From the NCBI GenBank assembly GCA_963700285.1, contig CAVOXA010000001.1, positions 1,312,001 through 1,376,000 on the forward strand: DNA of 64,000 bases. Direction: 5' to 3'. A model generated the notes under the pieces. It searched no databases, had not been told where the DNA came from, and saw only the letters and a program-made list of their open reading frames with translations. The stretch's first letter is position 1. Every line of letters starts with the position of its first letter. Made by a program: the position numbers and the translations under genes. The DNA is from an uncultured Chloroflexia bacterium (GTDB lineage: Bacteria; Chloroflexota; Anaerolineae; JAAYZQ01). This document shows, piece by piece, positions 32,801-42,770 of this stretch.

Positions 32801-34456
32801 AATCTCTAGATTCTGCACCGCTGGGCTGCCTGGAGTTGGGGGCCAGAGATAGAGACGGCCGCTTGAGGTGTCGTACCACCACTCACCCGGGGAGTCCAAA
32901 AGGTTGGGTTTTGCCTCAACAAAATACTTAGAGCCCCATCCCAGGCCGGGAATACCGGATCCGCTTCCATGCTCACAGATTTCGTCCACCATGATGCGTC
33001 CAGTGGAGATCTCGTGGGAGACGATCGTGCGCCTATAAACATAGTGTCCCTGTTTGGTATCCATGGCAACGAGGGTAGCGCCCGTCAGGTCGCCCAGGGT
33101 TGACAGATTGCCCGCCTCGATTCCAGGGGGACTGGTGTCGTTGGTGCGGTCCGTGAGTTGGCTTAGAGAACGCGATGGAGCGTCACAATCAAGGTCGGCG
33201 TTGGTGGTGGGGTCGCAGCTGGCTACGCTCGAACCACCGTCGGCAGACCACCAGAATTCGTGATACTTCCAGTCGGTAGCCACGTCCCAATCGGGCTCCC
33301 GGGCTAGGGGCAACCGAGCGTTGACACTGCCGTCGCCAGCCAGTTGGACGACAAAGCGCGGTGGGCCATCCAGTGCCCAGGCCGAGAGATCGGTATAGTA
33401 GATGTTGGCCGGGTTCACGCCCACTGGCAGGCCGATGGTGTTGCCCGTCAATTGGGTCCAGGAAAGGGAAGAAGCCGGTTCGGAGCCACGGATGATCGCC
33501 GTGCCGGGACCATTCTCGGAAACGTAGACGATGGGCTCCCCATCACTGCCACTCCTGGCCGGCCACACCATCTCGCGGTACACACCTGGCTGGATATGTA
33601 CGCTCACACCTGGCCCAGCCACGTCTGCGGCTTTCTGGATGGTGCGGAAAGCCGTGTTGGCGGTCAGCCCATCGTCGTCGTCGTTGCCTGTGGCCGCGTC
33701 CACCCATAGGTCGCCTATTCGCGGTATCTCGAAGGCTATGTCATCAAAGCGCATCTGACCGCTCGGCGTAATCACCGAGTTGTTGCTGGCCTTGCCGGTC
33801 TCGATGATGTCCCCCAAAGCTTCCTCGTGGTCTATGCCAGTGATCTCGCGCACCTGGACGTCGTTCACCCAGACAGCCACCCATTCATCCACGTGGAAGC
33901 CCAGGGTGATCTTTTGCCAGCCGTCAACGATGCTGAACTCGCCAGCACCCAGGTCAAAGTGGTTGCCATCCGGAGCGCTCCATTCCAGGTAGGCTTTGTA
34001 GCCCTCGCCGGCGGGTTTACGCAGCCGCAACCCTACCAACAAGTGCCACCACTGAGAACCTTTCACATCGGCTATACGGATCGACTTGCTAGGGATCCAG
34101 CTGGTGCCCTGGTCAGGGATGCTGACGCCGTTGGGATTGAACCAGAAAGTGAGGTACCCCTCTTCAACGGGGGCAAAATCCCGGCGAAAGATGTAGCTTG
34201 ACTGCTGGCCGACGGCGACCGATAGCCCCGTGGAGCCATTGTGCCCGCCACCAGGGAGCAGGCCCAAGTCGCCAGCTGAGACCTTTTCCCAGGCATCCAA
34301 AGTGCCGCCCTCAAAGTCGTCGCCGACGATGGGCCAGGTGGGGGGGATGCTGGGACTGGCGATCGCAATAGGTTGGTGCAATGTGAGGGAAACCAACAGA
34401 AGCAGAGCTACGGCCTGCGCAATCAGCGCGGCAGACCTTTTGACGATATGGTTCAT
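29803..34456 (-). CDS. Large secreted multidomain protein (~1550 aa if frameshifts are corrected) with right-handed beta-helix; putative glycan-active enzyme
   Basis: Signal peptide; WVDAATGNDDDDG..AFRTIQKAA..PGVYRE (DUF1565-like); LLDSPGEWWYD; Asn-ladder repeats (YRNIAYNN, YNNIAAN); DIGRYEY; GWNLTSWP/YWNWAGY repeats; C-terminal YLPSIQSTR. Frameshifts at 31.6-32.6 kb. Confidence 0.75.
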
Positions 34457-34571
34457 TCTCTACCCGTCTCTCCTTTGCAATCCTTGCTCTGCTTTGAGAA
34501 GAACCTTCGATTTCTGCAAAGCCCGGTGCTCTCTTTGCCAGGGCCGGATCACGCCGCGAGCGAGCCCTGCC

Positions 34572-34600
34572 AGTATAGCATAAGGCCTGAGGCGAGTCAA
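34572..34600 (-). promoter_or_regulatory. sigma70 promoter with extended -10 for the large secreted protein
   Basis: TTGACT-17 nt-TATACT with TG at -15/-14. Confidence 0.65.
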
Positions 34601-34804
34601 GGACAAATGTGTGCTAGATGTGCTCAAGTTGCGTGCGAAAAGTTGCTGGATCTATTGCAGCATGCGGGGCAGGAACTTTTAGTCCTTCAGGGGGTGCAGA
34701 ATGGGGCGCAAGTTGGGGGATTCGGGCAGAATCTGATCTGGGGCAGAAGGCCTAGATTTTGGATATCAGCTTTTCGTCTTTCGTTCTCTCTGAATGCGCG
34801 GTGA

Positions 34805-35881
34805 TCATAGGCGACGGCCCCTGCGCACCATTCCGCGCAAGGGTTCGAGCTTCCACGCGCCATCGATGGCCAAACGCACCAACCATCTGGGGCGCAGACC
34901 GTAGCTGTTGTCATAAGGATGGGAAAAGGTCGACATCTCGCCGAACCGGAGCTTGAACTGGGCGATTCCTGTCCCTTTGCCTGGCGGAGGCTGCTCTCCC
35001 CGCTTTAGCGCCGCGGAGACTTTGGGCGTGATCCCACCCAGGTCGTAGTAGCGACAGCCCATGTCCTTGGCCCACAGCATTGCATGCCAATGCAATAGCT
35101 CGTTCGGGTGCATGTTCAGGTACGCGCCCGACGACGCACCCCATTTGAACACTGCCCAGTGTCCCAGGGCAATCACGATGATGGCCGAGATCGGTTCGCC
35201 CTTGTAGTAGGCCATCAAAAACCTCATCATGCCTTGAGGCACGAAGAGCTGCCATGCCTCTCGATAGTAGGCGAGGTCATAGTGGCTGTAGCCATTCTCG
35301 GCGGTTAGGGCCTGTGTCCACTCGAAGAACTTGGGCAGGTCAGCTTCGGTTCCCTCGCGGATCTCTACGCTCTTCCGTGCGGCCAGGCGGATCTTGTAGC
35401 GGGTATTGCTTTTCATCCCGGCCAGAATATCGCTTTCACTGGGTTGTAGATCGACGAGTACTGTGCTTGGTGGGATCAGGTAGAAACTGCTGGGCCGGAA
35501 CCCCCGTGTCTGCAGGGTATCTGTGTAGAGGGCCTCATCCGCTGGCGGCTCTATGGCCAGCAGCAGTAGTCGCTTGGTTCGGGCCACCCGCTCTATGGAG
35601 TCCAGAGTGGACTCGAACACGTCTGCCCTGCCAGGGGCGACGGCCGGTCCCCTGGAGATATAGCCCATGCTGCCCCATACGGGCAGGGGGCGGGCAAGGA
35701 TCTGCGCCCCACCCACGATCTGTCCTCTCTCCTGAACCTGAACGCGGGTCACATTCCAGCCAATCGTGGCCTTGAGCTCTCCCCAGAGGCTGCTTTGCAC
35801 ATGGTGCCCGGTAGGCTGACTTGCCAAGAACTGATCCCAGGCAGGGTCATGTGATGCTTGTTCAATGATCTCAGTATGCAT
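34805..35881 (-). CDS. FemABX-family aminoacyl-tRNA-dependent transferase-like protein
   Basis: HHVQSSLWGELK..GW, YISRGP, MKSNTRYKIRLAARK, GASS..PNELLHW, YYDLGG, QFKLRFG. Confidence 0.85.
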   Translation of the reverse strand: MHTEIIEQASHDPAWDQFLASQPTGHHVQSSLWGELKATIGWNVTRVQVQERGQIVGGAQILARPLPVWGSMGYISRGPAVAPGRADVFESTLDSIERVARTKRLLLLAIEPPADEALYTDTLQTRGFRPSSFYLIPPSTVLVDLQPSESDILAGMKSNTRYKIRLAARKSVEIREGTEADLPKFFEWTQALTAENGYSHYDLAYYREAWQLFVPQGMMRFLMAYYKGEPISAIIVIALGHWAVFKWGASSGAYLNMHPNELLHWHAMLWAKDMGCRYYDLGGITPKVSAALKRGEQPPPGKGTGIAQFKLRFGEMSTFSHPYDNSYGLRPRWLVRLAIDGAWKLEPLRGMVRRGRRL

Positions 35882-35934
35882 GCTCTCGTCTCAGTCTCTC
35901 TGCCCCAAGTCCAACCCCAGGCCGACCCGTGCTC

Positions 35935-37006
35935 TCAGGATGCTGTGCTAGCACTTGCGCCACTCTCATAGGATTCCTGAGGGTTGCCCTTTCCCCAAAG
36001 GAACCTGCGAGCCAGTCGATAGCCGGCCTTGCTGAGCTGAAGGGCCCACGGGGCATGGACAGAAATGTTGCGGCCGTAGTTCACCAGCTCACCGCCGAAC
36101 TTGGCCTTGAAATCGCGCACGCCATACACTTCGCTGGGCTTGCCAGCACCGCCAAAGTCGAGGACGCGGAAGCCGTTCCTGTTGCCCCACTCCAAGGCAT
36201 GCCAGACGAGGAAGTCACCGGGCCTGTGGGCCGCATACTCCCTTAGCGTGCCCGAATACCAATAGATCATCGTGTCCTTGTACAGCAGTAGCGTCATCAC
36301 GCCCATTTCCACCCCGTCCGCCTGGGCCAGAAAGATCCTCATCATGCCTCGGGGATGGAGGATCTCAAAGGATGACTGGAAGAAAGAGAGGTCGGCCAAT
36401 GGTACCTGGATCCGTTGATAGATCGTTTTGAGCAGGAGGTAGGCGTCGACGGTCTGATGCACGTCGTTTACCTCGCGGATGGCGACTTGGGCGCTTGCGG
36501 GCTCTGCGCACGTTGCGCCGGGCGTTCGACCGTATGCTCTTCCAGATCTTCTCGGGCGGGCGTGTCAGGTCTACCAGGAAGTTCAGGTGATCCTCATAGA
36601 TGAAGCCACTGTGGTTCAACACCGGCTGCAGGTCGCTCAAACTCGATAGGTTTCGCAGCTCGGTGAACAGGATCCTACCGCGCGTTTCTCTGTTATAGGT
36701 CTCTAGCAGCAAACTCAGGGCTTCCATGGCCTCCTGTTGGGGAGCGCACAGCACGCTCCCATAGGCCACAGCACGGGTGGTGAACTGCCGCAGCCATTGC
36801 CTCGCAAGAGCCACCTGGACCGGCAACAGGAGGGCCATCGGGCGATTGTGGTGATCGGTGGCTGCCCACAAGCTCGGCTGCTGCCCCTTTGCCTTCTCAA
36901 AAACCTGATACATCTCTGGGGTATGGAAGATGTTACCCTGGGGATGCCCATGTACAAAACGCCGCCAGTCTTCCTCAGGCAGGGTACGAACAATCTGAAT
37001 ATCCAG
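35935..37006 (-). CDS. FemAB-related GNAT protein (EPS-associated type), one frameshift near 36480
   Basis: HPQGNIFHTPE, FTELRN, ARRNVRRA, LVWHALEWG, LDFGGAG..YGVRDFKAKFGG. Apparent CTG start after AAGGAG. Confidence 0.82.
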
Positions 37007-37023
37007 AGGATCACTCCTTGTGC

Positions 37024-38787
37024 CTAGTCAGAAGGCGTACTGGATGGCAACAAGGAGCCAGCGCTCAAGGCATCGAGAAGGTCGTCGCTGATATGCTCGA
37101 TGTCAAAAAGGACAAAACCCTCGGAGCCACTGGCCCTGGCAGTCGCAATCTCGGATAGTATTTTCCTTGTTGTCTTGGAAGGGCTGCCTTTCTTTCCCTC
37201 ATCGTGTACCTTGAGACCCAGCGCAATACGCCCGGAGTCTTTCATTGCCGGTTGCCAAGCCTTAATGACGCCCGCAAGAGACTGGTTTAGACCCACGTAA
37301 GCGCGGGGAACGATCAAATCCACGTATCCTCCGTCGAGCCACGCCTGCCAATCCAGCAGATCCTGCTCCGACAATCTCTCCTGGTCGTGGTATACGGTGA
37401 TGCTTACCACCACTTCGGGATCCACTTGCTTGACTCGTTGGTAGACCCCTTGTAGCAACTGGTTGATACCCTGTTCACGAAACGTCTTCCATTGGGCATC
37501 CAGGGCCTGGTAGGCGTCCAATGGCAGTACTTGGCTGCTCACGGGGATGATTTCGTGTTCCTGTGTGGCTGTCAGCAAGCCGGTTCGCTTCAAGTGCCTG
37601 TACCGCATATTCATTCCGGTGATGGCCCGTACGTGCTTGTTCCAGATCGAGGGGGTGGGGCCGTCGATAAAGATCACGCCGCCGCCCTGATGGACAAAGC
37701 TGTCCAGATCCGATGCAAACTGCCCCCCGATCGAGTAGACCTGGGGCAGGACCAGCACACTGCCCGGACCGAGGGTGGCCAAGTCTTTTTCCTCTATTGC
37801 GGTAGGCTGCCAGCCAAGATCCTCGAGCCAGGCGAACCCTGCATCAAAGGCATCAGCGGCATAGCTGCCGGTGTTCGCCTCGGAGCGAAAAATGTAGAGC
37901 CCGCCATCTTTCCCAAGGAGGTAATCGATGCTGCGGTCTAGGATTTCACTTGTGGCGACCGTCTCACGGTGGCTGGCCATCCAGTTCAGAAGGATCGCTT
38001 GGCCGGCTCCATAGTGATTGAGCAAGACGGCGGGTTGTCCATTATCAAACTCGGCCAGAACCTGAGCAGTATTCGGCCAGATGAGAGGGTTGCCCTCGAA
38101 CCGAGCGTAGGCGGGCAACTCGGGGTAGCGCAACGTCTCGAGATCGAGGCCGTATTCCTCTGCAAACAGGTCGGCGCTGTAGGGGTCAAAGCCAAACTGA
38201 GACCTGGGATAGCGGGTATAGTCGAAATGTATGCCATCAACGTCATAGTTGGTCACCAGTTCCAGTACCAGGTCGCTGATGAACTGCCGGACGTCGGGCC
38301 GGGTGTAGTTCAGCCAGTTGATCTGCTGGCCCTCGGGCCCCATCATCGCCCACTCAGGATGCTCAACCAAAACACGGGCCGGCTCGCCATCGAAACTCAT
38401 TGGACCGGCATCGATCCATGCATGGACGGCGATGCCTCGCTCGTGCGCCTGTTCGATGACGTAGGCAAGTGGATCATAGTCGGGTTCTACGTCGGGATGC
38501 TTGTCCATCAGGCTGCTGTCGAAAAAGACATGTCCATAGATGAGGACACTTAGAAAGATGGTATCAAAGTGTCCCGCCTCAACGCGAGCGAGCATCGCAT
38601 CAGCTCTTTCGGCCGTTCTGAACGACCTCTCGTGCACCCATACCCCCCTGATTCCCGACGTACCTTCAGGGTCGATCCGGTGTTGAGCATCCCCCAGAAT
38701 GCCCAACAACAAGAGCAAACAGACCAAAGGGACCAGTTGGGCCAGCTTTCTGGTTTTGCCCCTGAATATCGCCAAGGACTTGCTCAT
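37024..38787 (-). CDS. GHL10/DUF187 (YddW-like) glycoside hydrolase with N-terminal membrane/signal segment and internal insertion
   Basis: IRGVWV, YDPLAYVIEQAHERGIAVHAWI, NYDVDGIHFDYTRYP, DWQAWLDGGYVD. Confidence 0.8.
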   Translation of the reverse strand: MSKSLAIFRGKTRKLAQLVPLVCLLLLLGILGDAQHRIDPEGTSGIRGVWVHERSFRTAERADAMLARVEAGHFDTIFLSVLIYGHVFFDSSLMDKHPDVEPDYDPLAYVIEQAHERGIAVHAWIDAGPMSFDGEPARVLVEHPEWAMMGPEGQQINWLNYTRPDVRQFISDLVLELVTNYDVDGIHFDYTRYPRSQFGFDPYSADLFAEEYGLDLETLRYPELPAYARFEGNPLIWPNTAQVLAEFDNGQPAVLLNHYGAGQAILLNWMASHRETVATSEILDRSIDYLLGKDGGLYIFRSEANTGSYAADAFDAGFAWLEDLGWQPTAIEEKDLATLGPGSVLVLPQVYSIGGQFASDLDSFVHQGGGVIFIDGPTPSIWNKHVRAITGMNMRYRHLKRTGLLTATQEHEIIPVSSQVLPLDAYQALDAQWKTFREQGINQLLQGVYQRVKQVDPEVVVSITVYHDQERLSEQDLLDWQAWLDGGYVDLIVPRAYVGLNQSLAGVIKAWQPAMKDSGRIALGLKVHDEGKKGSPSKTTRKILSEIATARASGSEGFVLFDIEHISDDLLDALSAGSLLPSSTPSD

Positions 38788-39992
38788 TTGCCCAGGCTCT
38801 CTACCAGTGCAACATACCCTGTACTGACCTTGGTCCAGTTGAACTGCTGGTTGAACCTGTCACTATTCGTCACCAGTTCTGCGAACCGATCCTGGTTGGT
38901 GTACAGCTCCAGGATACAGCGGGCCAGATCATCAGGATCATCTGGAGTGAAGTACAGGACCATCGTTTCGTCAAAGTAGGCCATGATAGCTGGCGTACGG
39001 GCAGCAATCACCGACAGGCCCAGGGCCACATATTCCATCAACTTGGTGGGCAGGATCCCGTCGGTGAACACGTCGCGCCGGTAGGGCACAAGTCCGACGT
39101 CGGCTTTTCGTATGAACGAGGGCAGCTCGGACGACGGCATGACCTGGGTACTGAAGGCTACGTGATGCTTTAGGTCTAGCTCTTCAGTCAGCTTCATCAA
39201 TGCCTCTCCGTAGTCTCCTGCGCCATGGATGGTCAGGAGGATCATGGGTATCTCTTCCCGTACGATGTCCACAGCCCGAATGGCAACGTCAATGCCGTAT
39301 CGCCAAGTCCAGGCGCCATGGTAGATTAGGTTAAAGCGCCCCTTCCCCCTCGTGAGCGTCTTGATCATCGGCTCTCGATGGAAGGCCCGGCTGTCGGCAA
39401 CGTTCATGACTACAGTGATCTTTTCTGGTGCGACGCCTCGCTCGATGAGCGTCTGCCGCCAGAGTTCAGTGACAGTGATGATGTGGTCGGCGAAACGACA
39501 GGAAAGCTGTTCCTGCCAGCGGACGAAACGCACCGCCCAGCTATCCGGCCCCGCGTGGAAGCGAGCAGCATAGAATTCGGGCATCAGATCGTGAAGGTCG
39601 AGGATCAGGCGCGCCCCGCTCAGTTTTGGCACCAGAGCTGCAAATACCAAGAAATCGGGCAGATTGTGTACTTGAACGACATCATACCGCCGCCCGCAAT
39701 GCAGGGCCGTTAGCTTGACCAAGACCAGGACAAAGAAGGCCAGGTACTCCAAGAACTGCTGCACTGCACCAGACCGCTTGTATCGCTTCACGGGCAGACG
39801 GTAGATGTTGACACCCTCCTGGGCATCGACCGCCAGTTCTCCCGAGTGTCTCAGGCAAAGGACATCCACCTCGTGGCCATGGTCTACCAATGCCAACGCC
39901 TCTCGTTCAACCCGGGTTTCGCTCAGGGGATAGTAGGCGTGGACGACCATGCAGTGTCGTCTGGGGTTTATTTCTTCTCGGTAGTTGCTCAC
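38784..39992 (-). CDS. Glycosyltransferase family 4
   Basis: ETRVEREA, VQVHNLPDFL, DLHDLMPE, ILPTKLMEYVALG. Confidence 0.88.
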   Translation of the reverse strand: MSNYREEINPRRHCMVVHAYYPLSETRVEREALALVDHGHEVDVLCLRHSGELAVDAQEGVNIYRLPVKRYKRSGAVQQFLEYLAFFVLVLVKLTALHCGRRYDVVQVHNLPDFLVFAALVPKLSGARLILDLHDLMPEFYAARFHAGPDSWAVRFVRWQEQLSCRFADHIITVTELWRQTLIERGVAPEKITVVMNVADSRAFHREPMIKTLTRGKGRFNLIYHGAWTWRYGIDVAIRAVDIVREEIPMILLTIHGAGDYGEALMKLTEELDLKHHVAFSTQVMPSSELPSFIRKADVGLVPYRRDVFTDGILPTKLMEYVALGLSVIAARTPAIMAYFDETMVLYFTPDDPDDLARCILELYTNQDRFAELVTNSDRFNQQFNWTKVSTGYVALVESLGK

Positions 39993-40006
39993 GCCTATCA
40001 GTGCAC

Positions 40007-41311
40007 CTATTTGCCAAATGCGCGCAGGGCATAATCCCAGATTGTCAACGCGTCGATGTCACCTGTGACACACAGGGCGCTGCGGGCGCCATCGGGCCAG
40101 CGGCCCAAGCGCACCAGTGGCGCGGTACTCTTTTCGATCTTGGCCAACAAGGGGCGTTCGTCCTCATGGCCAAAGTCCAGCCTGTCGAGATAGAGTGTAT
40201 GGGATTCATACTCGTGGCTGACCTCACAGACATAGCCTTGCTGGCGCAGGAAGCTATCCAGTGCCGGGGGGCAGCTCGGCGAAAGGCCGATGACAGGCCT
40301 GCGCGCAGCCCGAACGATACAGGTCGTTGAGGCCGCCTGCCAGTAATCGTCAGCCCATGGTTGAGCTAGTCCCAATACCTCCACCCCTCGCGTCAGAATC
40401 GTCGTACCTGGCGGTCCAGCGGCGAATAGCTGCCAAGTACCATGTTCGGCTTCTCTGATCTCCACGACCGCGGCGGCGCGGGCGCGCCACCAAGCGGCTA
40501 CCTCGTCCATGCGGGCCAACCACACTGCCGGCACCAACGCGCGCGCTTCCGACAGTATACCTGAGAGCGCTTTGGCGCACAACTCTATGCGCTCCGGATG
40601 CAGTTGAATTGTGAACAGTTCCCCGAGATGATAGGTTTCCGACAAGATGCGCAGCCAGGTGCTCTCCACCAGGCCGCTGGCTCCACCTCCCAGCCGATCG
40701 AGGAGTATTTCGTCGTCTGGCAGCGAAACCGGAATCTCGAGCATGTTTCCGAAGAACTGCGGCAGCGCTGGCCTCGTGCCAGCATGCCAGGGAGCGTAAA
40801 AGTCAAGGGCCCGCTCGTAGCCGGCGCGGGCTGCCGGGGCCATCTCGCTGCCTTTGAGAACGTCCCACATGATGGGCTGATTGCTGGCGTAGGAGAATCC
40901 GGATTTCTCAAGGCCTGCGTACAAATCGGTCGTGCGGCTCAGGTAGGGGGATCGAAAGCCCACGGCTGCGATGCCTGCTTTGGCAAAGCCCTCCCGGGCA
41001 CGCTTTAGGTGGAGCAACAGATGATCTGGATCGAATCCTGCATAGTTCACGTGGGTGTAGCCATGTACTGCAAACTCGATGTTGTGCCCTGAATACTGGG
41101 CGATCGAGCCAGTGTTGCGTTCCAGCGTGACAGCGGACAAGGGAAAGCTCGCTCCACAATCGAACCGATTCAGTATCTGAACAAACAGACGCAGAGCCCT
41201 GTCCATCTTGGCCGGCGTGATGCCATATCGCCGGTGAATTTTGAGGCCACGCTGTAGCATCGCAAGCGGCCCTTTGGCCCTCGCCGCGACGGTGATGGGA
41301 TTTCTTTGCAT
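40007..41311 (-). CDS. Polysaccharide deacetylase family protein
   Basis: EFAVHGYTH, GFRSPYL, EIPVSLPDD, QLHPER, C-terminal ALCVTGDIDA. Confidence 0.78.
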   Translation of the reverse strand: MQRNPITVAARAKGPLAMLQRGLKIHRRYGITPAKMDRALRLFVQILNRFDCGASFPLSAVTLERNTGSIAQYSGHNIEFAVHGYTHVNYAGFDPDHLLLHLKRAREGFAKAGIAAVGFRSPYLSRTTDLYAGLEKSGFSYASNQPIMWDVLKGSEMAPAARAGYERALDFYAPWHAGTRPALPQFFGNMLEIPVSLPDDEILLDRLGGGASGLVESTWLRILSETYHLGELFTIQLHPERIELCAKALSGILSEARALVPAVWLARMDEVAAWWRARAAAVVEIREAEHGTWQLFAAGPPGTTILTRGVEVLGLAQPWADDYWQAASTTCIVRAARRPVIGLSPSCPPALDSFLRQQGYVCEVSHEYESHTLYLDRLDFGHEDERPLLAKIEKSTAPLVRLGRWPDGARSALCVTGDIDALTIWDYALRAFGK

Positions 41312-42642
41312 TACTCACCCAGGATCCTCGTCAGATCCGCTACGTATACTCTGCGAGTGCCACCGGCGCAGCCATTGAAGGCGATGCGTCGAAACTGGCG
41401 GTCCCAGGCCGGATGTGGATCGACGCGCAACTCGCCTCTGGGGCCCTTGTGGGGCGCGTCTGTCTTGATCCGTACCAGCGTAGCGTCCTGGCCCGCATCC
41501 AGGTCTATGAGACGGATAGGAGTAGTACCGTCGCCAAAGGCCACAGGCTCGTTCAGGTACGCATCCGTTACCACATGTCGCTCGTTCGGATGTAAGGACG
41601 GATGTCCGGACCCCACCACGGTTTCGTTCATAACTCCAAAGCCGCTGCCATCATATCGGGCGCGAACAAGGCGCATTGCATCGCGATGGGTTCCAAGGGC
41701 CCGCACAGCGCGTCTTTGCACTCTGGAGAAAAGCCGTGGATAGGCCCGGGAAGTCGCATGGCCGGCAACTCTGAGATTCATCATCACCGTTTCGCCGTCT
41801 GGACACCAGTTCGGGTGATGTCCTCCTTTGTCCCACTCGGACGCTGGAATGGCGACGTGGATGTCGGAGCCATCGGCCTTCATTGTTATGACTTGCGACC
41901 TTATTCTTGTGCGCTCTTGCCGCGGCACCCATCGCAGCACCAACATGAGCCGGTCGCCCTGTGGGTTCCACTTGACGTGGAAAGCGTAAAAATCCCCATC
42001 TCGATATTCCCCCAGAGTCAGGGGGGGGCTCGCAGTCTCAACGATTTCCTTCAGGGAGACAAGCAACTTGCACTCACCGGACGAGGTATCTGTGATGTAC
42101 AGCCCATCTTCAGCCGGAGCGCCACGGTTAATCGGCACCTGATCCTGAGGCACAATGATCCCATATCCAGGCTGGGTTGCGCCAATCCGAAGCAGGCAGG
42201 GGCTTGCGGCCCACTTGCTGTCCGGCGATATCATGTAGATGGTGCCGCCAAGATTGCGCCTGAGCCCCGAGAGGGGATCCAGCTTCACGCCGCAGGGTCT
42301 CCAGGTCGTAGCGTCGAGGTCGTTGAAGAAGAGCTGGTGATCCGTCGCACCCCACTGTACTTGAGCGCCAAGCTGAGTATCCCATCCACGCGACTCTGCC
42401 ACTACCCGTTCTTTGCCAGTTTGCAGATCAATCAAGACGATCTCGGCTACGTCTCCGGGAGAAGGCAACTGGTCCTCACAAGGCAGGCGCGTCAGCCCGA
42501 GATAACGGCCCGAAGGACTGAAGGGTGATGTGTCAAAGAAACGGTGAATTGTCCTACCCAGACCTGGTGTGACACACCACACCGGTACGGGGGGACCATA
42601 GTCTTTGTACGGTGGAAAGGTTGTGGAAAGGTCACTGTACAT
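41311..42642 (-). CDS. Beta-propeller protein (oligogalacturonate lyase/TolB-like)
   Basis: HRFFDTSPFSP, GWDTQLGAQVQW, FHVKWNPQG, GGHHPNWCPDG, RVDPHPAWD. Confidence 0.6.
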   Translation of the reverse strand: MYSDLSTTFPPYKDYGPPVPVWCVTPGLGRTIHRFFDTSPFSPSGRYLGLTRLPCEDQLPSPGDVAEIVLIDLQTGKERVVAESRGWDTQLGAQVQWGATDHQLFFNDLDATTWRPCGVKLDPLSGLRRNLGGTIYMISPDSKWAASPCLLRIGATQPGYGIIVPQDQVPINRGAPAEDGLYITDTSSGECKLLVSLKEIVETASPPLTLGEYRDGDFYAFHVKWNPQGDRLMLVLRWVPRQERTRIRSQVITMKADGSDIHVAIPASEWDKGGHHPNWCPDGETVMMNLRVAGHATSRAYPRLFSRVQRRAVRALGTHRDAMRLVRARYDGSGFGVMNETVVGSGHPSLHPNERHVVTDAYLNEPVAFGDGTTPIRLIDLDAGQDATLVRIKTDAPHKGPRGELRVDPHPAWDRQFRRIAFNGCAGGTRRVYVADLTRILGE

Positions 42643-42770
42643 TTCGCTTGGACCTCACGAATATGGCCTGCATTCTCAACTGGACGGCACCAACGACCAC
42701 TCCCGTCGAACCGGATGGAGGGCCTACCTAGAATCTCCAGGATACCCTTGTAAGACTGGAAGAATAGAAC

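Noticed and set aside
34600-34804. Short repeats (AAGTTG, GCAGAA) in the intergenic region
   Set aside because: Too short and irregular to distinguish from chance.
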